A stretch of DNA of 64,000 nt. It comes from Octopus vulgaris. Taxonomy: Eukaryota. A program made the position numbers and the translations under genes. The notes beneath the pieces are model-generated. The model had not been told where the DNA came from. It was given only the letters and a program-made list of their open reading frames with translations, and did no database searches. Where the stretch lies: contig OX597833.1 of the NCBI GenBank assembly GCA_951406725.2, positions 30,380,001 through 30,444,000 on the forward strand. The letters are read 5' to 3'. Below, piece by piece: positions 11,218-23,994 of the stretch (its first letter is position 1; every line of letters begins with the position of its first letter).

Positions 11218-14200
11218 TTAAACAGGTTCTTTCACCCGCAACATACTTGCTATATACTTCCATCTTTTACGAAACACACTTTTCCATTTCATGTGGAAAA
11301 CGAAAAAGTCGATTAGCTCGAGACTGGAGATAAACATGCCTGTTGCAATTCCTTTTACTCTCGTCTTCCACACTACTTCTTTCGCCATAGCAACTACCAA
11401 GAGAAAACAGACTCGCTCCTCCCTATTCAGGGAGGTTGGCGGAACTATCTTCATTACAGATTCGCTCAACAGTTGTACTCTTCTCGAATGTGACAGCAGG
11501 TGTTCGACATAAGCCCAGAGTTCAGTCACCTTGGGGCATTGCACAATTGCGTGCAGGACAGTTTCACGGTCCCTCTCACATCTTGCACAAACCGGCGAAG
11601 GTGCACACCCATGTCTAAAGAGCTTATCTTGAACCGGTAAAGCTCCTCTGTAACATTGCCAGGCCAGGGATTTTTGGTAATTATCCATAGGCCCCGGACC
11701 GAATGTTCTTTGGAACAGGCTGGCCAGTTGATTTTCGTCGAAGCCCAGAGTTTCTCCTAGGACGTCATCACACTTAAACTCTACTAACCCTCTATAGAAG
11801 AACGAGGTAGTACCCCCGCCACTGGCGTTGCCTGACTGGGAGAGAAGCACGAGTGCCTGATAGCACTCTGCATGCCACATGCCCAACCTCGGTCTACACT
11901 TGATCCATGGGTTCAGTTTGTTAAACGATGTGAACTGTGGAAATAACAGCTTGACGAACGGAGACCACACCTGCTCACCGTCCAGGTAAATCCAGAGGTG
12001 CCTAAGTCTGAGCGCATGTCTGTGCATTTTTAGCCACGGCATCCCTTCAGCGGCTTTTGGCAGCAAATAGAGCGCCTTACAAGAGGTCTGCTGCCCCTCC
12101 ACAAAAAGCGAAAGAGCATGCGTTCCAGTTTGTTCAGCCACGAAGCGGGGCAAGGCACGACGGTCAGGCGGTAAGTGATTACAGAGGCGATAAACACCTC
12201 TGCAACCTCCGCCCTCCCTTTCAAGGACAGCTTCCGCTCAGACTATGTCTGAGTTAGGAGAGCCACCTTTCTCGGCACCTCACTCCAGTTCTTCTCTATC
12301 TGGAGATCTGGACCTAACCAGATTCCAAGCATTTTCACCGGTCCTTCTGTCCAACGTCCTACGACGCTATCGGAAGGCATCAACTTGCCCCTCCAGGTGC
12401 CGAGTTGCAAGCCGACCGATTTATCCCGGTTGACTTTCGCTCCTGCCACCGCTTCGTAGTCCCTTAAGGCCTCACCCACCCACTGTAGGTGCTCGACTCG
12501 GGAAACGATGACGGTGATGTTGTCCGCATACGCCGAAGCTGACTTTCCGCACCCTAGATCTTGCGGAGTGCCTCTCATAGTTTCCAACCTCCTCAGCAAC
12601 GGCTCGAGGGCCAAAATGTAGAGAAGCGGGGAGAGAGGACACCCTTGACGTACCGAACGTTCAATGCTGAACAGCTCCGAAAGGAAACCATTTACTCGAA
12701 CTACCGATTCGATGTTGCTGTATAAAGCGATGATCCATCCGCGGAAGGTCGGGCCGAAGCCAGCAGCTGCGAGGACCGCCACCAGATACTGATGGTCCAC
12801 CCTATCAAACGCTTTCGATTGGTCCAAGTGGACCATAGCCCCACCCTTGCCAGGAATCCTATTTACCCTTTCTAAGGTATAGTGTAGAAAGTGGAGATTG
12901 TCGTGGATGGTCCTTCCAGGGATGGCACAAGTTTGCGCCTCACCAACAAGTTAACCCACGACCTGCACCAACCTTTTTGCGAAGACCTTGGCCAAAATCT
13001 TCAACTCTGCATTAAGCAGAGTGATGGGCCTAAAATTATCAATTAAATTCCCCTTGTTTGGGTCCTTTCTTAACAGCACTACCACCCCTCGGCTCACAGA
13101 CTTAGGAATTCTCCCGTTCTGCTGCCAGTTGGTGTACACGCATGCAAGTAGGTGCCCAAACAAGTCTGGCATGCTACTATAGAGTTCGTAAGGCAGACCA
13201 TCGAGTCCCGGCTATTTGTCCCCGCCGCAGTCTGCCAACATATCCTCGACTTCTTTGGCTGTGATCAGCGCCTCACAAGATTCCGCGTCCGGCCCTGATA
13301 GACGCGGATAACCGGCTAGGAAGTCTGCGAGCTTCTCCCTGCACTCCAGCTCGCCGCTCCTCCCAAATAGCTGGGCGAAATGATTATGAAACACCTTGCA
13401 CATCTCCTCGGGTTCGTTTACTAATCGACCATTTGGGCCCGTCAAGGATTGAATGGTTGAGTTGTTGCCACGCTGGCCCTCTACCACCCGGGCCCATCCG
13501 GCTGCGTTGATCCCTTCCTGTCTCATTGCACGGATCTTAGCCCTGACAATGCACCCTTCATGTTTAGCTTTGAGATGTTGGTCAAGTGCTAACCTCGCCG
13601 CTAACACTTTCGATGCACTGCCTGACCTCATTGCCTCCTCTATTCCCTTAACTAGTTCATTTTCTACTTTGTTTCTAGCACTAGCTAGTTTTTTGCTAAA
13701 CCTAATTGACTCAAATTTGATGGCTCTTTTCAGGGCGTACCACCATTTGTTGTTGATAATGGATCCGGTTAACGCCCTCATTACTAATTGTTTAATCCGA
13801 TACCTGTAGGCTTCACAGTCCAATAGTGACTTGTTTAGCTTCCAGTAACCGGTACCTCGTCTACACATGCTATCTATGTCGAGCGTACAGGTCACTAATT
13901 TGTGATCGCTGTAGCTGACGATATGGTGTTGTGGACAGCTAAGTATTTTCTTATCTTTCCTTCTAGTTATGATTCTATCAATGTAAGATCTGGACGACCC
14001 GTCGTTTCTTGCCCAGGTCCACGCTGGAGTGTCTGGGTGGTCCAGTCTGAATCTATCTGCCAATTCGAAACGACTTAGCATATTGTTGAGGTGAGGTAAT
14101 CCCCTCCTATTCTTTCTCGAGCCAACATAATCTACGCTTGCATCACAAATTATGTTGAAGTCACCTAGCAATACTAACATGTTCGACGTGTCAAGAAAAT

Positions 14201-14590
14201 TCTCTAGGCTTTTGAAATACTCTTTCTGCCCGACTTTTCCTTTGCAGGGAGCATAGACAGCGACCAGCCTGAACACTTTACCACTGCTGTGCGTCACATC
14301 CAAAACGACCAACCTGCCTTCTGGATCTATAAAGACAGTTCTAATCTCTAAATCTAGGTTTTTCCTGACCAGCACTGCCACTGCTCCGCCCCCTCCAGGT
14401 CGACAGGGAGAAACGTATTTCTCGTAGCCGTTTAGAAGGGGCGTAAAGGCCTGCAGCCCACTCAGTCTGGATTCGGTAATTACCACTACATCCAAACGAT
14501 ACGAGCTAAGGTCGTCAAGGAGGTAGCCTTGCTTCCAATACGACCCCCAGGCCGCGAATATTTATACAACCGAGTTTAAACGAGAATGTG
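11218..14590 (-). pseudogene. LINE ORF2: AP endonuclease, RT and C-terminal CCHC, broken by stops and frameshifts
   Basis: LGDFN, SYIDR and SDHK APE motifs; NFRPITLLN, KAFDRV, VRQGCPLSP and YADN RT motifs; CARC...HAIVQC. Confidence 0.92.
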
Positions 14591-14901
14591 AAAAATTAGT
14601 CGAAAGTTTAAAACTTACTGTTTTAACGGAAGAGAGAGTGTAGATTCACCCTCCTCTTTTCTATCTGTGAGTGTTGTGTTTTGCGAGGTCAGTTTTTTTG
14701 CGAAATGCCTGTACAGATGGTTCGAAAAGTTCATCTGTAACGGGCCTACGTCCTCCGCAAAAGATTTTTTTATTTCAAAATAATCAGTGTTATCTATTGT
14801 ATAAAATTCGACATTTTCAGAAATAGTACTATTTATATGTTACGGTATATTTTTTCGCCAATTTCATTAAAATAATTTTTTCTCTTAATGGGTTATTGTT
14901 T

Positions 14902-16175
14902 TTATTTATCGCCGTGAGGGTGTTTCTTTTTTTTTGTTAGGCGATTGTGGACGGTGGGGTTGTAGGTGTGTGTGTGTTTGTGTGTGCTTTTTCCAGTGTG
15001 TGTGTTTGCGACTGTATTTGTGGGTGTGGGTGTGCTTGTCTGTCTCGGAGTATAGTCCTGTGTATCCGAAGAGGGTGGATTTTTCCGTTTCCGTCTTCTA
15101 TTTGAAGGTTCTATGGTGACCCACTCCTGGATGTTGTTGTTGTTTTCTCCCGTTGTCGGCTGAACTTCGACAATTGGGGTGTGCGACGTGGCTGCTATTT
15201 CTAGCGGTGTAGTTGTTGTTTTCGTGCTTGCCTCTGCAGTATTTTCTTTGGCTCTCTTCTTGCAGCTCGACCTTATGTGGCCTTTCTCGCCACATTTATA
15301 ACACCTGGGCTTTCTTCCCTCGACTATTACCATCATGCTGGTATTATCGCCAATGGTGAGGGAGCTGGGCAATTTTTCCAAGTCCGAGTGGTTTGCTTGG
15401 ATCACAAGTCTTGTCCATACCAGTTCATGTGACGATATCTCTTAGACTGAAGAATGGCAATTTCTTCCTCTTTGCCTAAGAGAATCGCTGCTATGACAAA
15501 GTCCACATCTATTTCGGGAGGAATGTCTGTGACCGTTATTCTGGAAGTTCTCATTCCTAAATAAAATGGTAGGAGAACTACATCTTCCGACTTCAACATT
15601 CTTGTTGAATGTTCCCTAGCTTTTTCTTCGCTAGGGAAACGCACCTCTACCGTGCCGAAGCGACTACCCCTCGTTATATAAGTAGTTTGTTGCCATATCG
15701 GCCTCAAACATTTTTCTATGGCTTCTCTCTGCACGAAGTCAATTTTCCTATTTTTCACATTATATGTCTTGTATATGACAGTTTTTCTCTCCGTCGCGTA
15801 AATTAATTCACTGGGAGGGAACAACTTCACATTATCACCTTTTTTTAATAAACTTTGGTACTTCTTTAATTCTTCTTTGTTAATAATGATGTTTTCACAG
15901 GGGCGAGTTGCTGCACTCGCAAAATTTATTTTTGACTTTTCCTGTTGTGTAGTAGCTTCGCTAGACATATTGTCGTCTGCTTTTGTAACGAGCGCCTGAG
16001 ACGTCTCTTTACTTTTATCTTCCTCTTCCCACATTTTCGCCTTCATGCCTTCAAACAAATTTTCAACGTTTTCCTCCGACTCGGAGGAGATTGGTGGCAA
16101 ATTCATGTTTTTCGTCGCTTCCCCCTTGAAACAAGGGGGAAAGAACAGCAAAAAAGAAGTGGCCTCGACGACCAA
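14902..16175 (-). pseudogene. LINE ORF1 (frameshifted) with CCHC knuckle
   Basis: ORFs 15402..16175 and 14902..15405; CYKCGEKGHIRSSC. Confidence 0.85.
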
Positions 16176-16244
16176 AACAGCAAATTTTCAAACTTTTCAG
16201 CACAAAAACAATCTTTCACTGCGGAGCAAAGAATAACACGACCG

Positions 16245-16292
<48 letters not shown>

Positions 16293-16309
16293 GAATAATA
16301 ATAAAGAGT

Positions 16310-17450
16310 TTGGTTGAATATTTTCCTGTAATTGTGGGTGTCATTTGTTGCTGTTGTTACTGTTGTTGGTGCTGGTGCTGCTGCTGTTGTTCTTGTTCCT
16401 TTGATACTGTACACTGTCTCTGTCATTGGGGTTGTGATGTTGATAGCAGAGGGGGTCTCTTCTCTCATGCTTTTTGTTGTGGACAGAGAGCTCTGAAGCA
16501 GTCTTCTGTACCTTTCAGTTGGCATCTTAGCTTTCTGCCCCAATTGCAATATGTAGATCCACTACATCAGGCTTCATCATCATTGTTCTACCGTGGTCGA
16601 GACAATGGAATTTACCATGCTATGCCAGACTTCACGGTCCATCAGGCTTAGGTTTAGAATCATTTCAATCTCCTCTGGTCCAGACCACGATGCCTCCATT
16701 TGTTTTATTTCATGGAGAGTATTGCTTCTATTTAAAGTGATGTAAGCTATCAACCACCAGATATCCAACCCTGGTGGAATTTTCTGTCTTGATGAGAAGG
16801 ACATGACATCCACAAGTTGGGAAGAGGAAAAACTCCTTGTTGCATCTAGGGGCTTTAGAATGCTTCATCTTGAAGGCTTTGCTCTTGAAGAGGAACTACA
16901 CACTCCCAAAATGCCTTGCATAGTGACATTTTCTTTGTCCATATTTCTTTCAGGGCTTGTTCCACCTGAGCATGTATCACTGCTTTTAGGACTCGAGTAT
17001 TAGAACATACACAGAGATACACTACCATCTTCTGTGTGCCTCCCACCAAAACCTCAGCTGGGATGGCAGTTTATGCATTTCTCCCATTCAGCTTCACAAG
17101 TTGTTTCACCTGTACCAGGTCATCTTCTTTCTTGTTTAGGTTAAGTACAAGATTTGTAGGTGATTTTGCTGCTATCACAATCCTTGGTGATACTTTTATA
17201 ATGGTTGCTGATGCTGATGCTGCTGTTGTAATTACCATTGCTATCATTGTTGTTGCTGCTGCTGTTGTTACTGTTATTATTGCAGCTGGTGTCACTATTG
17301 CTTTGTTGTTAAAAATGCCATGACCATTGTTGTTGTTGTTAGCTTTTACTCTCTCATGAAGATAGTTGTAGTATAAGATTTTCTTGCTATCTCCTCATTA
17401 AAACCTTTAGTGGATGTTAACAATGCTATAATTCCAATGTAAAAAAAAAA
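16310..17450 (-). mobile_element. Older degenerate LINE ORF1-like remnant
   Basis: Decayed similarity to the adjacent ORF1 (AQVEQALK; DIPPGLDIWWL vs DIPPEIDVDFV; VVEQ...CYNC-like). Confidence 0.55.
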
Positions 17451-17653
17451 AACCTGACAAAAGCTTAAAATATTACAATAGAGATCTTTACAACATGATT
17501 TGGCGGTCCCCACTCTTCACCTAGTAAATGAGTATGTCCTTATGTAAGGTACTAACAAAAATTAAAGAGAATAAACAAATTATTTCCAACAAGATTCTAC
17601 AAACCTTCAGGAGCCAATGCAACACACATGTAAAGATGATGATGATGATGATG

Positions 17654-18960
17654 ATCCTTTCTACTATAGGAATAAAGCCTGACATTTGGGGAAGGGGGAT
17701 AGTTAATTACATTGACCCCAATGTTTCTCTGGTACTTAATTTAGTGAAACACTGGGGTTGATGTAATCAACTATCCCCCTCCCCCAAATTTCAGGCCTTT
17801 TGCCTATAGTAGAAAGGATTATTATTATTATATCGTTTTGTTTACATGTATGTTGCATTGGCTCCTGAAGTTTTGTTGAATTTTATCGGAATAAGAATAA
17901 TCCTTTCTACAATAGGTACAGGGCTTAAACTTTGGGGGAGGGGACTATTCGATCACATTGACCCCAGTTTTTCACTGGTACTTATTTCATCAACCCCAAA
18001 AGGATGCAAGGCCAAGTCAACCTCAGTGGAATTTGAACTCAGAACATAGCAGCAGGCAAAATACTGCTAAGCATCTCGTCCAGTGTGCTAACAATTCTGC
18101 CAGCTTGCTGCCTTGGAAATAATAATAATAATAATAGAAAGAACATGTATGATAATTGACATAGCATGTCCCACTGATAACAGGTTCAAAGAGAAAGAAG
18201 AAAAGCTGAACAACTATGACGATTTGAAGTGGAAAATACATAGGTAGTAGTCAATGAGGAGAGTAGACGTAGTATCAATAGTAATTGATGCACTTGGAAG
18301 TATCAGCACTCAACTACCAACATGGTTCAGAAAGATTGGTACACATGCAAAGGTAGAACATCTACAAAAATCAGCATAGCTTGGAACTGCAAGAATTCTT
18401 CACAGGGTTCTTGAAGCATAACCAGTAAACAAGTGTCACCTTTGTCTGATGGCTGTGGACACTTTCCATCATACCCAGCAAAATAAGCTGTGAGTTTGCA
18501 TCAAATAATAATAATAATAATAATCCTTTCTACTAAAGACACAAGGCCTGAAATTATGGGGGAGGGGACTAGTCAATTGTATCAACCCCAGCGTTTCACT
18601 GGTACTTAATTTATCAACCCCAAAAGGACGAAAGGCAAAGTTGACCTCAGCAGAATTTTAACTCAAAACATAAAGACAGATGAAATGTCGCTAAGCATTT
18701 TGCCCAGTGTGCTAAAGATTCTACCAGCTCATTACCATAGTGGTAGTAGTAGTAATAGTAATAATGGTTTCAAATTTTGCCACAAGGGCAGTAATTTTGG
18801 CGGAGGGTATGAGTCAATTACATTGACCCCAGTGTTCAACTGGTACTTATTTCATCGGCCCTGAAAGAATGAAAGGCAAAGTTAACCTCAGCAGAACCTG
18901 AACTCAGAACGTCAAAACAGACTAAATGCTACTAATCATTTTGTCCACCATGCTAACTGA
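17654..18960. mobile_element. Tandem cluster of tRNA-derived SINEs with an RLE-LINE 3' fragment (about 18135..18500)
   Basis: Repeated unit atcctttctac...ccccag...ctggtactta...ggcaaagttgacctc...gaactcagaac...gctaagcattt, each next to (TAA)n or (GAT)n. Confidence 0.8.
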
Positions 18961-19337
18961 AGTATCTCTATGGGCAAGTAATACCAGCAAATTTTTTTCT
19001 TCAAGCTTTTCCCTAGCATAGGTTTACTCATATCTCTTTTCCCTCTGCAACAACAGCAGTAGTAACATAGTAACAGCAGTAACAATTACAACAACTAATA
19101 CTATTATTAGTGATGGTGGTAGTGGTGGTGATGGTGGGTAATGGTGGTGGGTGTCAGCATCATCGGTGTCGGTCTGTCAGGTGGTAGCAACTCATTAAAA
19201 AAAAGTTTACTAAAATATTATATGAACAACAATTTTTATTTCATTATTATGTTCTAGCATGGTCTTGGTAGTTCATTTTGAAAACAGCCATCAATTTTGA
19301 AAATAAATTCAAAAATAATTTCATCAAATATTTTCAG

Positions 19338-19436
19338 TTAACTCCTGAAGGATTCATGCAAATTTTCAACAAGTGTGATAATCTTAAAGTCTTTATTGTT
19401 GATGAATTCCCAACTTTAACAGACCAATGCATCCAG
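19338..19436 (+). CDS. FBXL13: FBXL13-like exon C (LTPEGFMQIFNKCDNLKVFIVDEFPTLTDQCIQ)
   Basis: ttttcAG acceptor, GTaagg donor, 99 nt, phase 0->0. Confidence 0.9.
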
Positions 19437-19644
19437 GTAAGGTAAATTTCATATAAGTACCCTCACTTAACCCTTTCATAATCATATTTCTTATGAAACT
19501 CAACCTCTATGTGTTTCAATTAATTTCAGATAACAATATATTACCTTGATTTATAAATTACATTTATGTATATTACCAGATTATTGATAGCATGTTTTTC
19601 AAGATACTCATGGATTTGTATGAATTTTCTGAAGCCTTAATTTC

Positions 19645-19850
19645 ATCGTCATCATCACCATCACTTTTTAATATTTGTTTTTCATGCTGGCATGGGTTAA
19701 ATGGTTTGAGAGGAGTCAATGAGCTGGAAGATTGCACCAAGCTCTAATGTTTGCTTTGTCATGTTTTCTACAACTGGATGCCGTTCCTAACATCAACCAC
19801 TTCACAAAGTATACTGGGTGCTTTTTACATGGTACTGGAACAAATGAGAT
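19645..19850 (-). mobile_element. RTE LINE 3'-end fragment
   Basis: catgctggcatgggt...ctggatgcc.ttcctaa motif shared with the 54.6 kb RTE tail. Confidence 0.6.
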
Positions 19851-20759
19851 AATCTCACAAAACAAGATCCCTCAACTAAGGAGTGTAATATTAAGGGAGG
19901 TAATTTTATGCCAAGTGATGAGAAAATAAAGTATGATAGAGGGATAGAAATAGAGGAGATACATGGCAACCCCTGTTGGAAAAGGAGAGAAGATGGTGCA
20001 GAGGTGTTGGGATGTATCCTTAGGTACAGGAAGGTGAACAACAGAGAACTGGTCCAGAGGAGTGGACAAGGTGAATGGGTAGGTAAGATCGTAAAAGTGT
20101 GCAAGGAGAGTGGCAGATGGATAGAAAAGGTAGAAGAGAATGGTAAACATGAGTATAGGTGTGATCAATGGTGAATATAAATTCAGAGGAGGGAAGGTGG
20201 AAGAAATAAATTTGGGTCAGGGAGGTGATAGGTAGCAGTACAGGTAATGTGATATGTGGGCAGTGTTCAAAAGATGCACAGCACTGGGGACAAGGTGAGC
20301 AGTGCATAAGATGATGTACATAAGCAGTAGGGGCTGCCATTGTCCAAATGAAAGAGTGAAAGTGAAGGAGGCATTCAGTGGAGGATAAGATGGTAGGGGA
20401 TGATATTGAAAATGTGAAATACAAAGTAAGTGGCTGTCATATAGTTACAATGACTGAGTGAATAATGCCATTGTCAGAAGATGGGTGTTATGAAGATGAG
20501 CTGTGGGGAAGAGACACATCAGGGACAGATTGAGTCAGGGGCATAGATGTAAGCAGTATATTTTTAAAGCCTCATTTGTGCTGAGATGGATGGGTTTTCT
20601 TGAACACAGCAATTGGCCAATCATCCCCAGCCTTTGTTACCTCCTTGCTGAGGCCCAACATCCAGAAGTCAGCCTTCACTACTTTGTTCAACATCTTCCT
20701 GGGTCTATCTCTTCCATGAGTTCCATCCACATTCCCTTACCTGTTATGTGTCCACAGTT

Positions 20760-22230
20760 TACCCTGGGTACACTATATGGAATTCCTACCTACACATTTT
20801 CTAAATATTGAACTGAGCCATTTTCCTGAAGAGATTTGTGGTTTATCTGTTTTCCAGCTTACAAGAACTTTTATCTTTGCTAAGTTAATTAATCTTTAGG
20901 ACCTTTAATTACAGGTTTTACTTCTACACCTGGAATTTCATTTTTAATTCTCAGCTATATGAGCAAAGTCATCAGAATAGAGAAACTTCCTTGGGCAACC
21001 AGTTTTTAACTCTTTTGTTATGGCTTAGAGGATAATGATATATAGAAGGGGACTGAGCACCAAACACTGGAGAACTCCTACCTGCATTCATTTCATGGCT
21101 GTACTCATCTCCAACTTTCACCTTACAGAAAGCACCCTTGTCCATGGTTTGGATAGCTCTTATCAGTCATCTACCCCTAGTATCCACAGTGATTACCTAT
21201 CAAAGGCTTTCTCCATGTTGACAAATGCTAAGTAGAGCAGTTTATTGTGGACTAAATACTTCAGCCATTACCTTCCTGGATAGCTTCAGTAGTGTTTCTC
21301 TCTAGCACAGAACCAAACTGCATCACATCTAACTTAACCCTCTTCCTAATTATTTGAGCAATAACCCTTGCCATAACTTTCCAGACCTGGTCTAGTAATT
21401 CAATACTTCTGTAATTATTTATCTTTAAGGCATTTCTTTTACCCTTGTAACAGTAGATATAATGTTTCTGTGCTTGTCGTTGGATGTGATACCTTCTTGT
21501 ACTACTTGATAAACTACTCAGGTGACTTGGCTATATCCCACTCTGCCAGATATTGTAGGCATCTCAGTTATAATTCCTGGCAGACCAGGAACTTTTCCTG
21601 TCTTCATATTCTTAATTTCTTTATCAATCATAGTTGTCAACTCAAGTAGCTGGTTCCTTTGCTGGATTCACATTAAGAAGACTTCCTTATTTTATGCATT
21701 CTCCACATTTAGCAGCCTGTCATAGTGGCACTTCCATGGCACCTTTCTAAATCACTCAGTGCAAGTGTATCATTATTGATCTGCATATACTTCTCTCCTA
21801 CGACATCATAATTTTCTCTGACACACTATCTTGTAACCTGAAACACCACACACCTCTGGTCCTAGTGCCATTGATATTGGTAAATCTCTTCCTTCCTGCC
21901 TTTCTCCTTGCCTAGCTTCTCTTCAAACTACCTGGTATATTTCTCTGCTAACCCCATACTTCCTATCCTTCCATGTCTATCTCTTCACTTTTATGGCTGT
22001 CTACTTCACTGTTCTATCTCCACATCATCCTTGGTCTGGTTTGAACTTTGTACCAACCACAGATTTGATGTCACCCTCTGTAGGTTGTTTCATAAAAATT
22101 TCCAGTTACCCTCTATGTTGTACTTCTTTATTTTCTCCACCTTTTTGTTAAAAATCTCTATATCTCTGATTATTCAATGGATCTTTAAGATTCCAAACCT
22201 TCCTTTTCCAAACCGTTTTGTGGCTCTGAG
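20760..22230 (-). mobile_element. Highly decayed RTE LINE
   Basis: aaaggctttctccatgttgacaaatgc (AFVNMEKAF) and gggactgagcac (SVLSP) match the RTE copies. Confidence 0.7.
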
Positions 22231-22234
22231 TCCT

Positions 22235-22536
22235 TCTACTACTTTGGTTTGAAGTCACTAACTTTAATTTACTGTATATCTTTAAAAAATGTGCTGCACC
22301 AATGTACTGTGATGAACTGTCTGAGATTGTTCATAATCAGTTACTGATACCGCACGGTATATATTGTCAAGATACAGTTCTTTCATGTAGGCAAAGCTCA
22401 TTACTGTAAGGAGCAGAGATACTATTGTGTAACTAATGAGTGCTTCATCAGCTTGTGTCATTGAATTTAAGTCTGTGGAAAAATATGGTGGAGAAAGAAG
22501 ACACATTAGTTACTAACTTCAAACCAAAGTAGTAGA
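22235..22536. mobile_element. About 300-bp MITE-like element
   Basis: TIR tctactactttggtttgaagt / acttcaaaccaaagtagtaga. Confidence 0.6.
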
Positions 22537-23863
22537 GGTAGAATTACCAAGTTATTGGTCCTCCAGTCATGATCTCAAGCCTACTGCATGTGTTTTGTTG
22601 GGTCTTTTGAATGCAATACATGGATGATGCTTCCCAACTACATGGTTCTGAGTTCAGTCCCACAGCATGGCACCCTGAGCAAGTACCTTCTACTATAGTC
22701 TCAGGCCAACCAAGGCCTTGTGAGTGGATTTGATAGAGTGTAACTAAAAGAAGCCCATTGTGTGTGTGTGTGAATATATATCTATACAGACAGACAGGTA
22801 TCTTTTCCTTAAATAAATATAAAATGTTTGTGAGTTTTGTTCCTGTTTACAATACATTCAGCCCAACTTAATCCATAATAACCTTTCAGCATGACCAGGC
22901 CTAACCTGCAACAAGTGTTTTTGTCAACTGGGGTCAGTCTAGTGGTATTTTCTTTTTCTTTTTTTTTTGCTACAGGTAACCAGTTCATTAGGTCACCAAT
23001 TCAGTGTTATCATTCACAGGTGTTCTTTTTTTTGGGGGGGGGGGCGGGGTAATATTTTAGGGCTAATGCATAACAATCTTTGGAGACCTGTGTGCATCCA
23101 TAAACCTCACTGTAGTTGTTTTCCTTCTTGTTTGTTTTGAAAGATGCTGCAATGATTCTTAGTCTTGCTGGTCCCAGGAAATCAAAATCCTCTGCATATC
23201 ATTACACAGTATGTGACTATATCAGTATTTAGCTGCATTTTACTGTATCATATTCACAGATGAAAAGTAAGGATTATCATGCAGTTTAAGTGTTGTAAAA
23301 AAAAGTGATGACAGTTCATGATATTTATATAATGTCAAAATGATGCATAGAACATACCTATAACTTTTTCGCAGTTGCTAAACCTATTTTGCCTCATATA
23401 ATCATACAGATATGATGTAAATAAAGCAACTCATTTTTAACATTGTCACCTGAGTTTCTTCTCAATAAAGCATCCATCTCCTTTCAATAGGCTGTATTGG
23501 GATTGCTAGATTAACAAAATTTAAAGAATAGTTCAAAACTTCACAACATATATGTGACCTAAACTAACATATCCCACACATCGGAAATCAAATGCATCCC
23601 TATGGAGTTTTTGACTATACTATCTGACAGCAATATACTCCAGCTGCATTCAGAAATGCTCATGCTGTCATTAGAAAATCTTATATAACTAAGTGCCTGT
23701 GTTTATGAAATTATAGGATGTCATTATTGTCACTTCCAATTTACTTTCACTTTTTTACAACATTAAACTCTATGTTAACCAAAGTACCATTTTTTGTATC
23801 TCTTCTGCATCTACATGGGGTCTTTATTTAATTATTTTTTATTGTTTTTCTCTTTATCTGAAG

Positions 23864-23978
23864 AGTATCTTACTTCATTGTTCCAAACTAGAACACATCT
23901 CCTTCATTGGTTCTCCACTACTCACTGATGCAGCATTCCAGAAGTTTCCCAAAGCACTGAAAATTATCAAACTTGAAG
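23864..23978 (+). CDS. FBXL13: FBXL13-like exon D (SILLHCSKLEHISFIGSPLLTDAAFQKFPKALKIIKLE-G)
   Basis: Pyrimidine tract then gaAG acceptor, GTattt donor, 115 nt, phase 0->1. Confidence 0.88.
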
Positions 23979-23994
23979 GTATTTAGCTTTATTA

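Larger units (their letters stand above)
11000..16247 (-). mobile_element. Full-length Tx1/L1-clade LINE inserted in a (GA/TC)n microsatellite
   Basis: ORF1 and ORF2 present; AATAAA at the 3' end; (GA)n at 10960..10999 and 16248..16289. Confidence 0.92.

Noticed and set aside
16103-17323. Thr/Ala/Cys-rich ORFs on both strands
   Set aside because: Trinucleotide low-complexity sequence in decayed LINE ORF1 remnants.
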